The notes beneath the pieces were generated by a model that saw only the letters and a list, made by a program, of their open reading frames with translations, did no database searches and was not told the origin of the DNA. Shown here in pieces: positions 45,001 through 54,010 of a stretch of DNA of 64,000 bases. This stretch comes from a virus (Duplodnaviria > Caudoviricetes), in IMG/VR virus record IMGVR_UViG_3300030330_005082, positions 6,769 through 70,768 of that record; one strand, written 5' to 3'. The position numbers and the translations under genes were made by a program. How positions within the stretch are numbered: position 1 is the first letter of the stretch; the number at the start of each line of letters is the position of its first letter.

Positions 45001-46099
45001 GTATCTCTTTGTCGGACTTGTTTTCACCAACAAGACGGATTGCTGTGTCTATTTCTTCATTCTTATATCGACGCAAAAACTCAGAATTTTCATCAACAGC
45101 AAGCTTAAAATTCTCTACAGATGGTTTATTGAGTTGAAAACCAAAAGGGAGATCATCATACGTTTGGCTGATGAGCATTCGATTGAACTCTTCATCATGT
45201 TTTTGTCTGATCTCTTCTCTTGTAAGTCCTTGATCTTTGTGAAACTCATACCTGTCTACCAACTGTTCAAAGTTCTCAGTGGGTAAAGCAAGATTAGTTG
45301 TTTTCTTGTACGCCTCTTTTTCATCTTCTTTCAAGAAAAACGGAGCAAAAATACTTCCAACTGCGAGCTTTTCACCAGCACGTTCTATTGCTAAATCAAG
45401 GTTTTTGATTCCGTAAGGGATAAAAAACAAATCTTCTTCATCTTCTGGTGCACGACCAAAAAACTTCTGTTTTGTGTAGCCCATTCCGGTCTTTTCAGCC
45501 TGCTCAACAGAAATAGGACCAGATCCTTGCCATATCTTGCTCATTATGCCCCAAGGGCCTTCTTTGTCTGCCAACTCTTGAATGTCTTGCGATACCTCTC
45601 GAGTTTCACGGATCCGTTTTGTTTTTACGGTCTCACCAGCCTCGAGTGGAGCCACAGATATAGATCTTCTCGATGCCGCACGTACAAGAGCTTCATAAAG
45701 TGTTTTAGGGTCTTCGGGAATACTGTAGGGAACAATGTCATCTTTTCCGTATGAGCGCATTGCGCCATTACGGAATCGTATTGCTATTTTTCTTAGTTCT
45801 TCTCTATCAAGATCGCGATACTCTGGAAAATTCTTGATTCCCTCAAAAACCAACTCTTGCGTTCTGTCTGCAAAATCTTCTACCTCTTCTGGAACATACG
45901 GATCGAGCGTAGCTTCGGTTTCGGGAGCCAAACGTGTCGGGTCATCCTTAAAGGCCTCAGTGACTTCACCCATAGTTTCTGCAGGGTCATCGACGGGCTG
46001 ATCACCAATTTCTTCGTTTTCTCTGAGATATTTCTCTAAAATTTGATCATCGATCTCTTCGTAATAAATATCATCTTCAGATGTTTTTTTTTCAGCCAC
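39032..46099 (-). CDS. Very large internal virion (ejection) protein
   Basis: 2355 aa, helical, follows tail genes as in podoviral gene order; no catalytic motif recognised. Confidence 0.75.
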   Translation of the reverse strand: MAEKKTSEDDIYYEEIDDQILEKYLRENEEIGDQPVDDPAETMGEVTEAFKDDPTRLAPETEATLDPYVPEEVEDFADRTQELVFEGIKNFPEYRDLDREELRKIAIRFRNGAMRSYGKDDIVPYSIPEDPKTLYEALVRAASRRSISVAPLEAGETVKTKRIRETREVSQDIQELADKEGPWGIMSKIWQGSGPISVEQAEKTGMGYTKQKFFGRAPEDEEDLFFIPYGIKNLDLAIERAGEKLAVGSIFAPFFLKEDEKEAYKKTTNLALPTENFEQLVDRYEFHKDQGLTREEIRQKHDEEFNRMLISQTYDDLPFGFQLNKPSVENFKLAVDENSEFLRRYKNEEIDTAIRLVGENKSDKEIQKFLNRIPFAALPASVWAGTIPSTDGLLTTLFDSIENVIEAKGRSGVYGRTAQKSIESFIFDQEKIGDELVMVENTFGKVMRLLGISTEAISEIDVSMGVTKSDVKNKLIDLGLSEENADSLAEYAPYAVSGVATLMGGPLGLLPLTPASRDFYYEYGLRDPDTGWLARFAANIQTANIGVSAHLTNEAIALGYSRGDAEYHSRQALGHTIDMITPWERLLAKYPIAIVRGTSRGSKIANQFDLKGGWKSPVKWKVALAGGSPSAYNRLYNISENVSFAVNAIENQIGGKIDGPKLKQLLDEDTEVYNAKANEEPIPTDVVGKQKRSLSYAARNIAEQIFEKIEDGIEVDTAIEQLKKNYKPDAYETIYHALYTVIHHLQHTDEGVRMFKNRKNDTKGILPFELEQQLDRTFISAGLDPRQVKTAARKQAEKNKQDYTKNLKAAYYVGDADTVQLRNSKQYQKVNKDLDQLVEKGTIDVDQKIVLLSLLENRSYAAAADNQIKISTPQDFFGKVEIDTISRTIADEATPSDIINVKVGRVLDITSDNIDAIRDMYKTGNFSKLLENDSQILVDLMGKRWASRFIGRKHNEVNPNFGSNTTKRRLNAQGKKQVEEILRKMVSGVGRLDGDASDVASLYENLQAMYTRMRLESGRFIDPVVAGRLDLLLRPDRFHRNELVQINIENAPRRPGSTVYIDRGKILEQGERLRQASQKRPIFDVDVHPDSVRQVLGITDETRAVDAIETYSRALAYVMTETFKKNESKSAIGGRRIQNLTDNTLVTDDKAESIVNRVNARMGSILGISKQNVGKKQSYLDPVKLIDMANAKDETLTLNAGQQARLKVFLRRLGSEPIVGRRIPDDLIGANADLSTIKMRDYSRVIELMLDVEASGVSRRTTYTEAIPKSLGYSILGAFKRGLLEPALSSEIDFIKNTISKIQRLFVLDDPMYNVRPQLKELYKRQLKSISETPRDIVNIARTARRGNPEDAIEQIFESMTDILVNDFDPEQVELISGVTKNVGGRLQRSRGIVSVINDLTDAEISRINLEYKKLSEQDKSLQIDSKKQADIISGQDELTKIDPGELEAVGIEPDLQAEVTGYSFEIPSGVSRMQFLTQNATQELLTKACSRGGVNGITERVSTALTILQSYSSETGLTTKQIAKMSDSDRVAIGEALMVIKDRIEQNDTKIQQRGLQLLRGLGGETLELDRKASWRASETYNLFYSGEEGWPKLYELAIRERGKVGLTEAEISRYSPSQALLEMIVRMATLDKLDGLYDLMIKNGMPGAKVNYRTPKRIVSPTGAQYSIETPSMFHQRVKGHMHQIFTYGDLELRTRPTDDMPSEMVEPKRAITNVIYDYAAFEKPPGRRPAKDFQDLQALLAAEEAMARFGHRTALSGDALVDMTFPDGTTVTVPRGMEIELKNAIDRVSRIGSAYMTDPARVLRQADVDTPYADVPSEVPTKQIVYSKVGRAINNLFRFFPLTTTLIKQGITTGFIIPMAPYYVANYIGGYFQLMTAVGPVDATRVMLKNPGMASSVTMRMYGENKYNPGAKRLLVTKSGQIYTQKQLSEMALMYGLDSSFIQAETQRSMAEDIKQYIRKDQRKYSYKKLGDYARAWNDHLKEAATAIDNFYRVSIFIDGVEQGISPGQAAQTARKAAFDYGALTEFEKRVMRQTIMFYSYLRNNMNLFYDTLLIAPDRVFNQLRLANGLQQEFMETERQVGMPSYLDGRLPILVLDTFINSTKKEKRMNFLPPLPIMDSLNLAIDPYDALMGDQEAQRQLATRLVPWLQAPIVVATDIDPFYGGQIDNFNKVPAHILDWDLIATGGMFREALQVVPYSLANPALRPVEGDDDRPVDLAGNGLLWWSLRNLVQIPPFGRYITVAERVDRANLGFVEGITETGISMRKSLEERGLVEEVTDRIKKGDSASPKVGNSPGQELLGALGMIPAQTETQGQVADKMFKDFKRKTKTKLPRYQDPFEQAEEKQLYRIE

Positions 46100-46110
46100 A
46101 AAAACCTCTA

Positions 46111-47421
46111 TTAGAACTGCTCAGCAAACTCATCGGAAAGAGATTCTGATCGTCCTTGCCTTTCTATTTCTTCTTGTGTTGTTCTTCTTATTCGAGCCAT
46201 CTGGCGCAACTCTGCTTCCATTTGCTCTACTTCGTCCTTTAGTAGTTCAATCTCAGCATATTCCTTGCCCCTAAAGCCACCAAGACCACCTGATTGCAAT
46301 CCTTGTTCAAGCTCTTGTATTCTTCTGTTGGCTCCAGTGATTGCTCTTCGTCTTTTTGTCATTTCTGTTTCTAATTTTGGCAGATTAAGAACCCCTCTGC
46401 CTTCTCGTATTTCTCTTTCTGTAAGACGACTTCGTCTTGGTGCAAACATTTCACCACCACCAAACTGTGACGCATAGGCCTCATCATACGGGAAAACTTC
46501 GGCAGCAGTAGTGTCCTCACCAAGAATACGTTGCTTACCGGATGCCAGCATTGCACCACCAATCTCAAAAGGATTTGGGAATTGCACCGCACCCAAGTCA
46601 TTGCCTCTATCTTCACGATCCATCTCTCTGGATCTTGTAAATACTTCTGTGCCACCGCCAGCAATTGGAACTTCTACTCTTGGAGATTTGGCAAAAGGTG
46701 ACGATAAAAATGATTCACCAACATCGCCAATGACATCATCTTTATAGAATCTCTCAAGAGTTTTTTCTCCTGTCTCGGCCTCTCTTACCTTTTCCATTCC
46801 TTTTTCTGCTGTTCTTTCTGGATAGGTAGCTTGGCGCTCACGAACATCCTCCTCGTACCTCTGGACTGGACGTGAGCCCATCATTTGATCTTCAAATATA
46901 GAAACCGTATTCATAAGGTTTTTATATTCATTTCTTTTTGTTTTGAGTAAATCTTGTATCGTCGATCTACTTACATCTGACTTTCGACGTTCCTCAGAGC
47001 CTGCCCTAAGCATCACAGGAACTTCTCCCCTAAGCTGCATTTCGAGTGATTTTATTTCGTTTTCCAAACGATCAGCATCTCTGTTTAAACGAGCAAATTC
47101 ACCAGGCATGTACCTTTTGGGATCCACAGATTCAATATCGTTTCTAACGGCAGGCGTAATAGGTTGTGAATAATCAACTCCATCAATAATCATTGAGCTA
47201 CCTCGACCGCCTCGAGGCTCAAGATTTACAGGAGTATCATCCTCAATCAAATCTACTGCAGCTTCCTGATTATCGCTTTGTTTTCTTGCCAATGACCTTG
47301 GCGGGGCAGGTGGTCTTAAATTTGTGCTCATGGTTCTCGCAAGAACTACATCAGATGCTTCTTCATCAGCACCTAAACTGAGCAAAAAATCAGTAGCTTC
47401 TTTTCGTTTCTTTGTGGCCAT
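46111..47421 (-). CDS. Putative internal virion protein
   Basis: 436 aa, charged coiled coil; position in the operon. Confidence 0.65.
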   Translation of the reverse strand: MATKKRKEATDFLLSLGADEEASDVVLARTMSTNLRPPAPPRSLARKQSDNQEAAVDLIEDDTPVNLEPRGGRGSSMIIDGVDYSQPITPAVRNDIESVDPKRYMPGEFARLNRDADRLENEIKSLEMQLRGEVPVMLRAGSEERRKSDVSRSTIQDLLKTKRNEYKNLMNTVSIFEDQMMGSRPVQRYEEDVRERQATYPERTAEKGMEKVREAETGEKTLERFYKDDVIGDVGESFLSSPFAKSPRVEVPIAGGGTEVFTRSREMDREDRGNDLGAVQFPNPFEIGGAMLASGKQRILGEDTTAAEVFPYDEAYASQFGGGEMFAPRRSRLTEREIREGRGVLNLPKLETEMTKRRRAITGANRRIQELEQGLQSGGLGGFRGKEYAEIELLKDEVEQMEAELRQMARIRRTTQEEIERQGRSESLSDEFAEQF

Positions 47422-47425
47422 TTTA

Positions 47426-49402
47426 CTAATCCGAGAGATCTCTTGCGTTTTTTGAAAATTCTATGTCTCTTGAAATCGCTTTTCCTTGAGCATCAGGGTC
47501 AGGATTCCGAATCCGATCACCTTCACGCAAGCCAGAAAATATATCTTCTTGTATTAAAACACCCTCTGAGCCAATCTCTTTTGCGGTGTCACTCAGGTAG
47601 CCTAAACGGCTAGCAAGAACAGCCGGGTTTCGTTTGTTTTTTGGCATGCGCTCATACTGCTCAATCGCATTCAAAGCCTCATCACGAATTTGACCTCCGA
47701 CCTCTGGAGAAACGTCTTTTAAATCGTTGTACATATCAGAAAGCGATTTTCTCATTGGTCTTGAATCTCGAGTTTTATCAAAATAATCTTGTTCCGTAAG
47801 AAACAAATCGATTCTTTTCGCGACCTTAAATGCAGGTTGATCTGATCGAGTTATTTTTTCAAGCTCTTCAGGAGTTTTTAGAATTTCAAAATTAGTAATC
47901 GCATCGACCCATTCTTGAGCCTTGTCTCTCTGTTCTTCTTTTGTTTTGCCAGAAGAGATATACCCAGCACCACCACTAATAATTTGTTTGATGTCTACAT
48001 CTTGACCACGAAATTTTACTGTTCCGTAGTTGTCTTCATCGAAGATCGTAGAATCAAAGAGACCAGAAAGTTTTTCGGCCTCACCTTTAATTAACTCCAG
48101 GTCATCGATAGAAACGTTCCTCATCCCACGAATGGTTCCAACTTCAACAGTTTCGATACCTTTGCCTCTTCTCTGAGTCAGTTTGATCGGGCTAGCCCGC
48201 GTTCCTTTCCCTTGAAATGAAATAGGGTCTGCACCAACCCTTCTTTCGGCCATTTGTGTAGGATCAGAAATGGTTGGACCAAGAACTGTTTGAATATTCG
48301 AAACTGATTCGAGAATCGTGTTCATTGGAGACCTTCCAGCAGCGTTTGGCAAAAACTTTAGGTCTTCGTATGGGTTGAATTCCCTGACTCCTGCATCAAG
48401 AAGATCACCGGCCAATGCTGGGTCTGCATCTCTGATTTCATCAAACCCTTGAATGATTTCTCCAAACTTAGATGGTCGCTTAGCAAACGCAGCCAATGCA
48501 AAATTAGAATCTGGACCACTCAGCAGTCGCTTGTATTCAGTTTGTGCTCTCTCATAATCATCACGGGCATCAGCGATTTCAGCATTGAGTTTTTCAATCT
48601 GAGTTTGGTAGTAATCTCCAAGCTGTTTTCTGTCAGCAGCAGTAGTGCCAGAAGCAGGGCGTCGAGTTTGTACTTTAGGTGTCATACTTTGTTCGACTGC
48701 AAGCTCTTGCTCCGTACTTAACTTACCTTCTATTTTACGTTTTTCTGCATCATCAAGTGGATTAAATACGCCTCTGTCTTGAAGGTCTCGTATCACTTTT
48801 GTCAGAGAATCATTTAGCCCTTCAAAACCTTTTGCACCCCCAAGTTTTCTACGCAACAGCCCTACTAGAATACTTACAGTCGCAGTAGTAAAACCCTGCA
48901 GGGTTCCATCTTCTGGTGAGTACCTTCCAGTTGTTTCTTTGAATTTTTCTCCCACTTTGGCACTTAGATTATTTTCGGCAACTGCCGGGCTTCGGTTTTG
49001 ATAATCGTCAACAAATGCAGTCAAATATTTTTCAAGCGCAGTGCCATACCCAGGCTCTTCGAAAAGAGCTTGTTTTCTCTTATCGTATGTTTGTGCAAAT
49101 TTTAGATTTTCCTCTAAAAGCTTTGCACGCAGATTGCTTCCCTGGGTGGTAATAGTAGTACTGCCAAGCCCACTTGATCTCGGACGCATCCCCTTTGCTG
49201 CATCTGCAAGCAAAGCTCTACGCTCTTTCATGAGATCACGGAGTATTTCATACTTTTCTTTGGGGCTGGCTGCTTTGAGATCTCTTAGGTACTGTTCTTT
49301 GTTCTCTTTGGTACGAATACCTATGTACTGACCAAGAAGCTGATCAAAAGCGCCCTGGCCACGCTGAAACTTAATGTCGTACTTTCCTGTTACCCGTGCC
49401 AT
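47426..49402 (-). CDS. Putative internal virion protein
   Basis: 658 aa, helical; position in the operon. Confidence 0.65.
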   Translation of the reverse strand: MARVTGKYDIKFQRGQGAFDQLLGQYIGIRTKENKEQYLRDLKAASPKEKYEILRDLMKERRALLADAAKGMRPRSSGLGSTTITTQGSNLRAKLLEENLKFAQTYDKRKQALFEEPGYGTALEKYLTAFVDDYQNRSPAVAENNLSAKVGEKFKETTGRYSPEDGTLQGFTTATVSILVGLLRRKLGGAKGFEGLNDSLTKVIRDLQDRGVFNPLDDAEKRKIEGKLSTEQELAVEQSMTPKVQTRRPASGTTAADRKQLGDYYQTQIEKLNAEIADARDDYERAQTEYKRLLSGPDSNFALAAFAKRPSKFGEIIQGFDEIRDADPALAGDLLDAGVREFNPYEDLKFLPNAAGRSPMNTILESVSNIQTVLGPTISDPTQMAERRVGADPISFQGKGTRASPIKLTQRRGKGIETVEVGTIRGMRNVSIDDLELIKGEAEKLSGLFDSTIFDEDNYGTVKFRGQDVDIKQIISGGAGYISSGKTKEEQRDKAQEWVDAITNFEILKTPEELEKITRSDQPAFKVAKRIDLFLTEQDYFDKTRDSRPMRKSLSDMYNDLKDVSPEVGGQIRDEALNAIEQYERMPKNKRNPAVLASRLGYLSDTAKEIGSEGVLIQEDIFSGLREGDRIRNPDPDAQGKAISRDIEFSKNARDLSD

Positions 49403-49412
49403 ATCGAAATCC

Positions 49413-49967
49413 TTATAAACTTGAAAAGACGTGCCATTGTTTGCTTGATGCTATCAGAATTACCGCTTGTTGGGCAGTAAGTTCTATACCGCATGTATCA
49501 TCAAGCTCATCGTTGCCAGAAGTTATAACCCGACAAATCTTAGTCTTATCTTTATCGATTCGCTTCACGTAAATCTTTCGACCCACGTTTTTAGACGACA
49601 ATGGCAACGTAAGCACATTTGTGTTTGTACGAGCATCCAAAAAATAGATGTCCTCATCTCCAGCGTCTGCCCTATCATCCAACTCAACAATCTTGTTTTT
49701 TTCGTTTTGAGACTTAGCCTGTTGATTAACCTTAGTTTCAACTTGGTTGATCTTTCGATGCAAAACATTGATGCCAACATGGCCGACAGAAACATTGCCC
49801 TTAAAGTTCCAACTCGCATCCAAGTTACACAAAGCTGGGCTGATAGAACCAGGAACAATGTGGTCCGAGTTTATAACTCCACCTGGGATTTTGATCTCCC
49901 GAAGAGCACGTTCCAGCATCTGCTTGAACTCCCCGTACTCGCGGCGATTTAGCGAGCGGGGCGGCAT
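49413..49967 (-). CDS. Putative tail-associated protein
   Basis: C-terminal YFLDA.....LTLP.....GRKIYVKRID beta domain. Confidence 0.65.
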   Translation of the reverse strand: MPPRSLNRREYGEFKQMLERALREIKIPGGVINSDHIVPGSISPALCNLDASWNFKGNVSVGHVGINVLHRKINQVETKVNQQAKSQNEKNKIVELDDRADAGDEDIYFLDARTNTNVLTLPLSSKNVGRKIYVKRIDKDKTKICRVITSGNDELDDTCGIELTAQQAVILIASSKQWHVFSSL

Positions 49968-51283
49968 TAGTACAGTCCTTTTTCCATACCTAATTGATAA
50001 AGTTCTTTTACATTGTCATTAGGATGATTTTTTGTTTCTTCAAGAGTAAAAAAGTTTCCCTTCATTCCAGTTGGTACAAACGGAGTCAAAAGCTTGTTGT
50101 TCCTGTAAATGTACCAAGCAGGTTCTCCAGCAGGACCAGATTCCGTAAAGCCATAAACAAAATTTTCATCTGCTCTTTTTTGGTAGAGCTTTCCTTTTGT
50201 TTCTAATCCAGGTCGATCAACATCTTTATAAATGTCTCTCATGGGTTTTTCGTTGAGACCAGCAGCTTCTCTAATTTGAGCTTCAGTCATTTCTTCGATC
50301 GGAACATCGTATGGTTGTTGAACTTCTCCTGAATCAACAACCTCTGGAGTTTGCCCGCGAGTTGCAGCGGCTGCTTTTTCAGCTTGAGCTATATCTGCCT
50401 GTGTATCTTTGCGTTCCCTTGCTTTCGAAGCTTCTCCTTCCACTTCTTCACCACTATCTGGTGTAGTTCCTCGACCTTTGATTTCCTTAATTATTTTAAG
50501 CATCCGTTTGGTTGCAAAGGGTCGATTCGCCAAAGATCGCAGCCTGACCATATCTTCAGCAGTAATGCCGTCCACGCCCTCCATGGCCTTTTCTAATTCA
50601 TCCTCATAGGAACGTTCTGGAGCGTAAGCTAAAACTGTTCCTGTGTACTTTGCAGCGTCACCAATGAACTTATGCAAAGGCTCTCGAACATACGTGTTTC
50701 TCAAGTCCAACATCATCGCCCGAATAGAGTCTGCCTGACCTCGAGCACGCTCGATGCGTTCATCTCGATCCGTTGCTCTTCGTACTTTTTCCTGCGATAT
50801 CTTGGCTTCTACATTCAAAGCCTGTTGCCTTACATCTCCAAGACCAACCTTTGCGGCCTTCAGGAATGTTCTGGCTGATGCATCTCCAGAAGCTGCAGCA
50901 ATGTTCTGAGCTTTTCGCTCCAAAGATTCTTGAGCCCTCATCACTGGAGCCATGGCAGCTTGCCGCATGTCCATTTTTTCTGCTTCAGTAATCAGTGGTC
51001 CGCTTTCTCTTGTCTTGGCTTCTAATCGAGCCAGGTCACGTCTTGCGGCTTTGATGGTTGGATCGTTCATCGTTGACAAACCAACAAAGAACTGACCAAC
51101 TTCTCCAGCCAAAGCCAAGCCGCCAGCAGTAGTAGCTTGACGTGCCTGAGCCTGCTTTTGTTGACGATATAGGTCAGCAGAGATTCTTCGTGGCTTGTAC
51201 TTGCCGCCACTTAGAACGTAATCGTCCTCATCTCGAGTATCTTCGTCTTTCTCAACTTCTGTTGTTTCAGTTTCTTCTGCCAT
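49967..51283 (-). CDS. Putative ejection protein
   Basis: Ala/Gln-rich coiled coil with a hydrophobic AGGLALAG segment; ATG 51283. Confidence 0.65.
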   Translation of the reverse strand: MAEETETTEVEKDEDTRDEDDYVLSGGKYKPRRISADLYRQQKQAQARQATTAGGLALAGEVGQFFVGLSTMNDPTIKAARRDLARLEAKTRESGPLITEAEKMDMRQAAMAPVMRAQESLERKAQNIAAASGDASARTFLKAAKVGLGDVRQQALNVEAKISQEKVRRATDRDERIERARGQADSIRAMMLDLRNTYVREPLHKFIGDAAKYTGTVLAYAPERSYEDELEKAMEGVDGITAEDMVRLRSLANRPFATKRMLKIIKEIKGRGTTPDSGEEVEGEASKARERKDTQADIAQAEKAAAATRGQTPEVVDSGEVQQPYDVPIEEMTEAQIREAAGLNEKPMRDIYKDVDRPGLETKGKLYQKRADENFVYGFTESGPAGEPAWYIYRNNKLLTPFVPTGMKGNFFTLEETKNHPNDNVKELYQLGMEKGLY

Positions 51284-51287
51284 TTTT

Positions 51288-51800
51288 CTACCCGAAGCGT
51301 CTTCTTTCAAATTGATCAAATTGAGCACCGCCACCAGATGTGAAAACAGCGCCAGGTGAAGTCATGGACCTTTGAAGTATTTGATCATCCGACATTTCCT
51401 TCATGGCCCTTGCTTGCATGTTTGATTCTTCTATCTGTGCTCTCGCTGTGCGCTCTGAGGCTTCCTGTTTACGTCGTTTATCACGATGCATTTTACGAAA
51501 CTCTCTTCGAGCTTCACGCCTACCTTGTCGTAGTCCCTTCTCTCTCCCCTTCTTTGCGCCCTTCTTGCCGCCAATGCCCTTTCCAGCAGCACCACCAAGC
51601 AAACCACCTATGCTTGCGCCTACAGCAGCACCAACGCCAGGAATGGGGATAAGAATCTGACCGAGTACAGCGCCACCAACAGTTCCAGCGGCACCACCAA
51701 TAGCGCCACCTTTGGCCGCACCTTCAGCACGTCCAGCAGCTTCGCCTTCTTCTGCCCCGGCAGTTCCACCAGAGCGAACGTATCTATCAATCTCGGCCAT
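51288..51800 (-). CDS. Glycine-zipper ejection/pilot-like protein
   Basis: GGAIGGAAGTVGGAVLG...GAAVGASIGGLLGGAAG; ATG 51800. Confidence 0.7.
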   Translation of the reverse strand: MAEIDRYVRSGGTAGAEEGEAAGRAEGAAKGGAIGGAAGTVGGAVLGQILIPIPGVGAAVGASIGGLLGGAAGKGIGGKKGAKKGREKGLRQGRREARREFRKMHRDKRRKQEASERTARAQIEESNMQARAMKEMSDDQILQRSMTSPGAVFTSGGGAQFDQFERRRFG

Positions 51801-51850
51801 CGGTAACTCCGGTTTTACTTTAACATTCTTTGAGGTGAAAAATAAAAATA

Positions 51851-52855
51851 TCAAAAATCTTGGTATGAAGTTTTGCCGCTGTAATAAGAGTCTACGACCA
51901 AATTACGAGCACCAACAAAAATGTGTTTACGTCGTGGGAATGTAGGCCAATCTCCGTGCTCAACTCCATAATATTTCATATGCATGTAAGAGTCATCTTT
52001 ACCATTTTGATATTGTAGAACGAAAGAACGTCCCTCAGTTTGTTCTATCGCCTTACAGGCGATTCCGATGTCATGTATACCTGGCTGTAACTCGGCAGCA
52101 AACTGAATAGTGAATTGTTGCCTGCTAAGCATGTTGAAGAAAATTTGTCCGTCATTAAGCTGATTGTTTTGGCTTAAATCACCGCTAGGTGATCCAAAAG
52201 ACAAATCATCTCCAAAAGGAAAAGAGTCTGTACTACCAAAGCATCCAGCATGAGGTAACAAGGAAGAAGTATGAACATCTCTAGTTGTTCCAGACTTAGT
52301 ATTTCCGTTTATCAGTAATTGAAATTTGGCAGCTACACTGCCAAGATAGCCTGCTGATAGCGTCATTGCTGTTGATGATGGATCAGTAACCATGGCCAAT
52401 GTAGCAGGTGTAGCTAAACCTCCAAGTTCATACGCATAAAAAGACGCATGTATATAAGTCATTGCCACGTATGGAAGTTTAATTCGTGTGCAAAGACCAG
52501 GGATTGGTGTAAAAGTAGACCCTGTAAGTTCAGCAGAAAGAACTGCGTTATTGGCTAAACTTGAGTTTGTTTCTCTAAAATGCGTTGCACCGCTTACTGC
52601 CGTCATTCTTGGGGAAGGTGATCCATAAAACTCAGGCTTAAAAATATGCTCTGAATCTACCCATCCTCGTTCTGAATAGGTATTTGATAAATCAAGATTG
52701 TATGGCTGGGGGTCTCTCAATTGTTTGTTAGAAATACCAAAATTTACAAATTGACGAATAGCACCGTCCAGGTCGTTAATGTGAGAAGACCTCAATTTTT
52801 CAGATGCAGTCAGATCCGAAAGACCACCTTCTGTTTCACTGTATTTAAATCCCAT
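51851..52855 (-). CDS. Tail spike/fibre-attachment-like protein
   Basis: N-terminal LTASEKLRSSHINDL...ISNKQL resembles the N-termini of the two upstream genes. Confidence 0.6.
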   Translation of the reverse strand: MGFKYSETEGGLSDLTASEKLRSSHINDLDGAIRQFVNFGISNKQLRDPQPYNLDLSNTYSERGWVDSEHIFKPEFYGSPSPRMTAVSGATHFRETNSSLANNAVLSAELTGSTFTPIPGLCTRIKLPYVAMTYIHASFYAYELGGLATPATLAMVTDPSSTAMTLSAGYLGSVAAKFQLLINGNTKSGTTRDVHTSSLLPHAGCFGSTDSFPFGDDLSFGSPSGDLSQNNQLNDGQIFFNMLSRQQFTIQFAAELQPGIHDIGIACKAIEQTEGRSFVLQYQNGKDDSYMHMKYYGVEHGDWPTFPRRKHIFVGARNLVVDSYYSGKTSYQDF

Positions 52856-52858
52856 ACT

Positions 52859-54010
52859 TCACCTATTTAAAACTTGAACATTCATCGTTAAATTTGTAAT
52901 TTTAAAAAAATCCGTGAGAGAACGAGTCGACAGCAACGGGTCTAAATGTTTTATTGTGGGGGCGGCATCTCTTTCGAAATAATCTTTGATCTTATTTTTT
53001 ATATCATCACCATCAGAATTAGTTCGATAGACTAACTCGGCTCTTATTTTTTTAGAACTCAGTGGGTCAGGACGGGAACTGGTCACAACCGATGATACGT
53101 AAGAGTCATTCAAAAGAAAACTCATCCCACTGTTAACTTCAGAACTCATATGAGCGATAAGATTAAAGTTGTAGTAGATGTATGATTGCCTGTCATACAA
53201 CCACTCTGTAGCATGACCTTGTTCTGGAATAATTAGTCCTGACATAGCACCTTCAGATGAAGTTTCCGGTGGTTCTATTCTACCATCAGCATCTAATTTA
53301 TAGCCCCGCCAATCCGTTACGTTTTTTCTGACTCCCTCTATGGAGAAATCACCGTAAGCTTCATTCAAACATACTCTTTGATACGGCCACACTCTACCAT
53401 CGATACCAGTCGCAGCTTTTTCAACTTGATTTCTGTTAAAACCCAACTCAAATTGGCTTGAATCGTCTGTTGTTTCTCCTCTTTCTGGATCTATTTCTCG
53501 AATCAACAAGCCGACATCAATGGCGTATGATCCGGGATTATAAAAACCGGAATATACTGCCGTACCATGAGCCCCTTTTTGGCGTTCCCTTCTTGTCGAA
53601 ATTGTACCTGAGCAACGAATAATGGCGTGAGTTTGAAATTCTGGTTTAAAGTCAAAATCTATTCTGACATTTTTTGGATCAGAAAATGAACTCATACCCA
53701 TAAATTCGCTGGATTTTGGAACTTTTCGCCAACTTTTTTTCCCCCCCGTAATACCAGTATTTTCGCAACGAAGGAAGGTAGGACTTGTTGTCCGTTCTTG
53801 ATAGTTTGAAATTGGTTTAATGAAAACATTTCCAGTTGAATCTAAACCAGAAAAGTTTCGACCATCAAGCCCCTCTTGGCGAATGTTTTTGTCATCAATA
53901 GTGCCATCAAGACCTCGAATATTATCTGCAAGGTCAGTAAAGCTTTTTTTGGTTATTTTTTCACCTTCAGTAAAATCTGTAGGTGATCCATATGGATTTA
54001 CCTTCGGCAT
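52859..54010 (-). CDS. Tail spike/fibre-attachment-like protein
   Basis: FTEGEKI...GTIDDKNI N-terminal motif. Confidence 0.6.
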   Translation of the reverse strand: MPKVNPYGSPTDFTEGEKITKKSFTDLADNIRGLDGTIDDKNIRQEGLDGRNFSGLDSTGNVFIKPISNYQERTTSPTFLRCENTGITGGKKSWRKVPKSSEFMGMSSFSDPKNVRIDFDFKPEFQTHAIIRCSGTISTRRERQKGAHGTAVYSGFYNPGSYAIDVGLLIREIDPERGETTDDSSQFELGFNRNQVEKAATGIDGRVWPYQRVCLNEAYGDFSIEGVRKNVTDWRGYKLDADGRIEPPETSSEGAMSGLIIPEQGHATEWLYDRQSYIYYNFNLIAHMSSEVNSGMSFLLNDSYVSSVVTSSRPDPLSSKKIRAELVYRTNSDGDDIKNKIKDYFERDAAPTIKHLDPLLSTRSLTDFFKITNLTMNVQVLNR

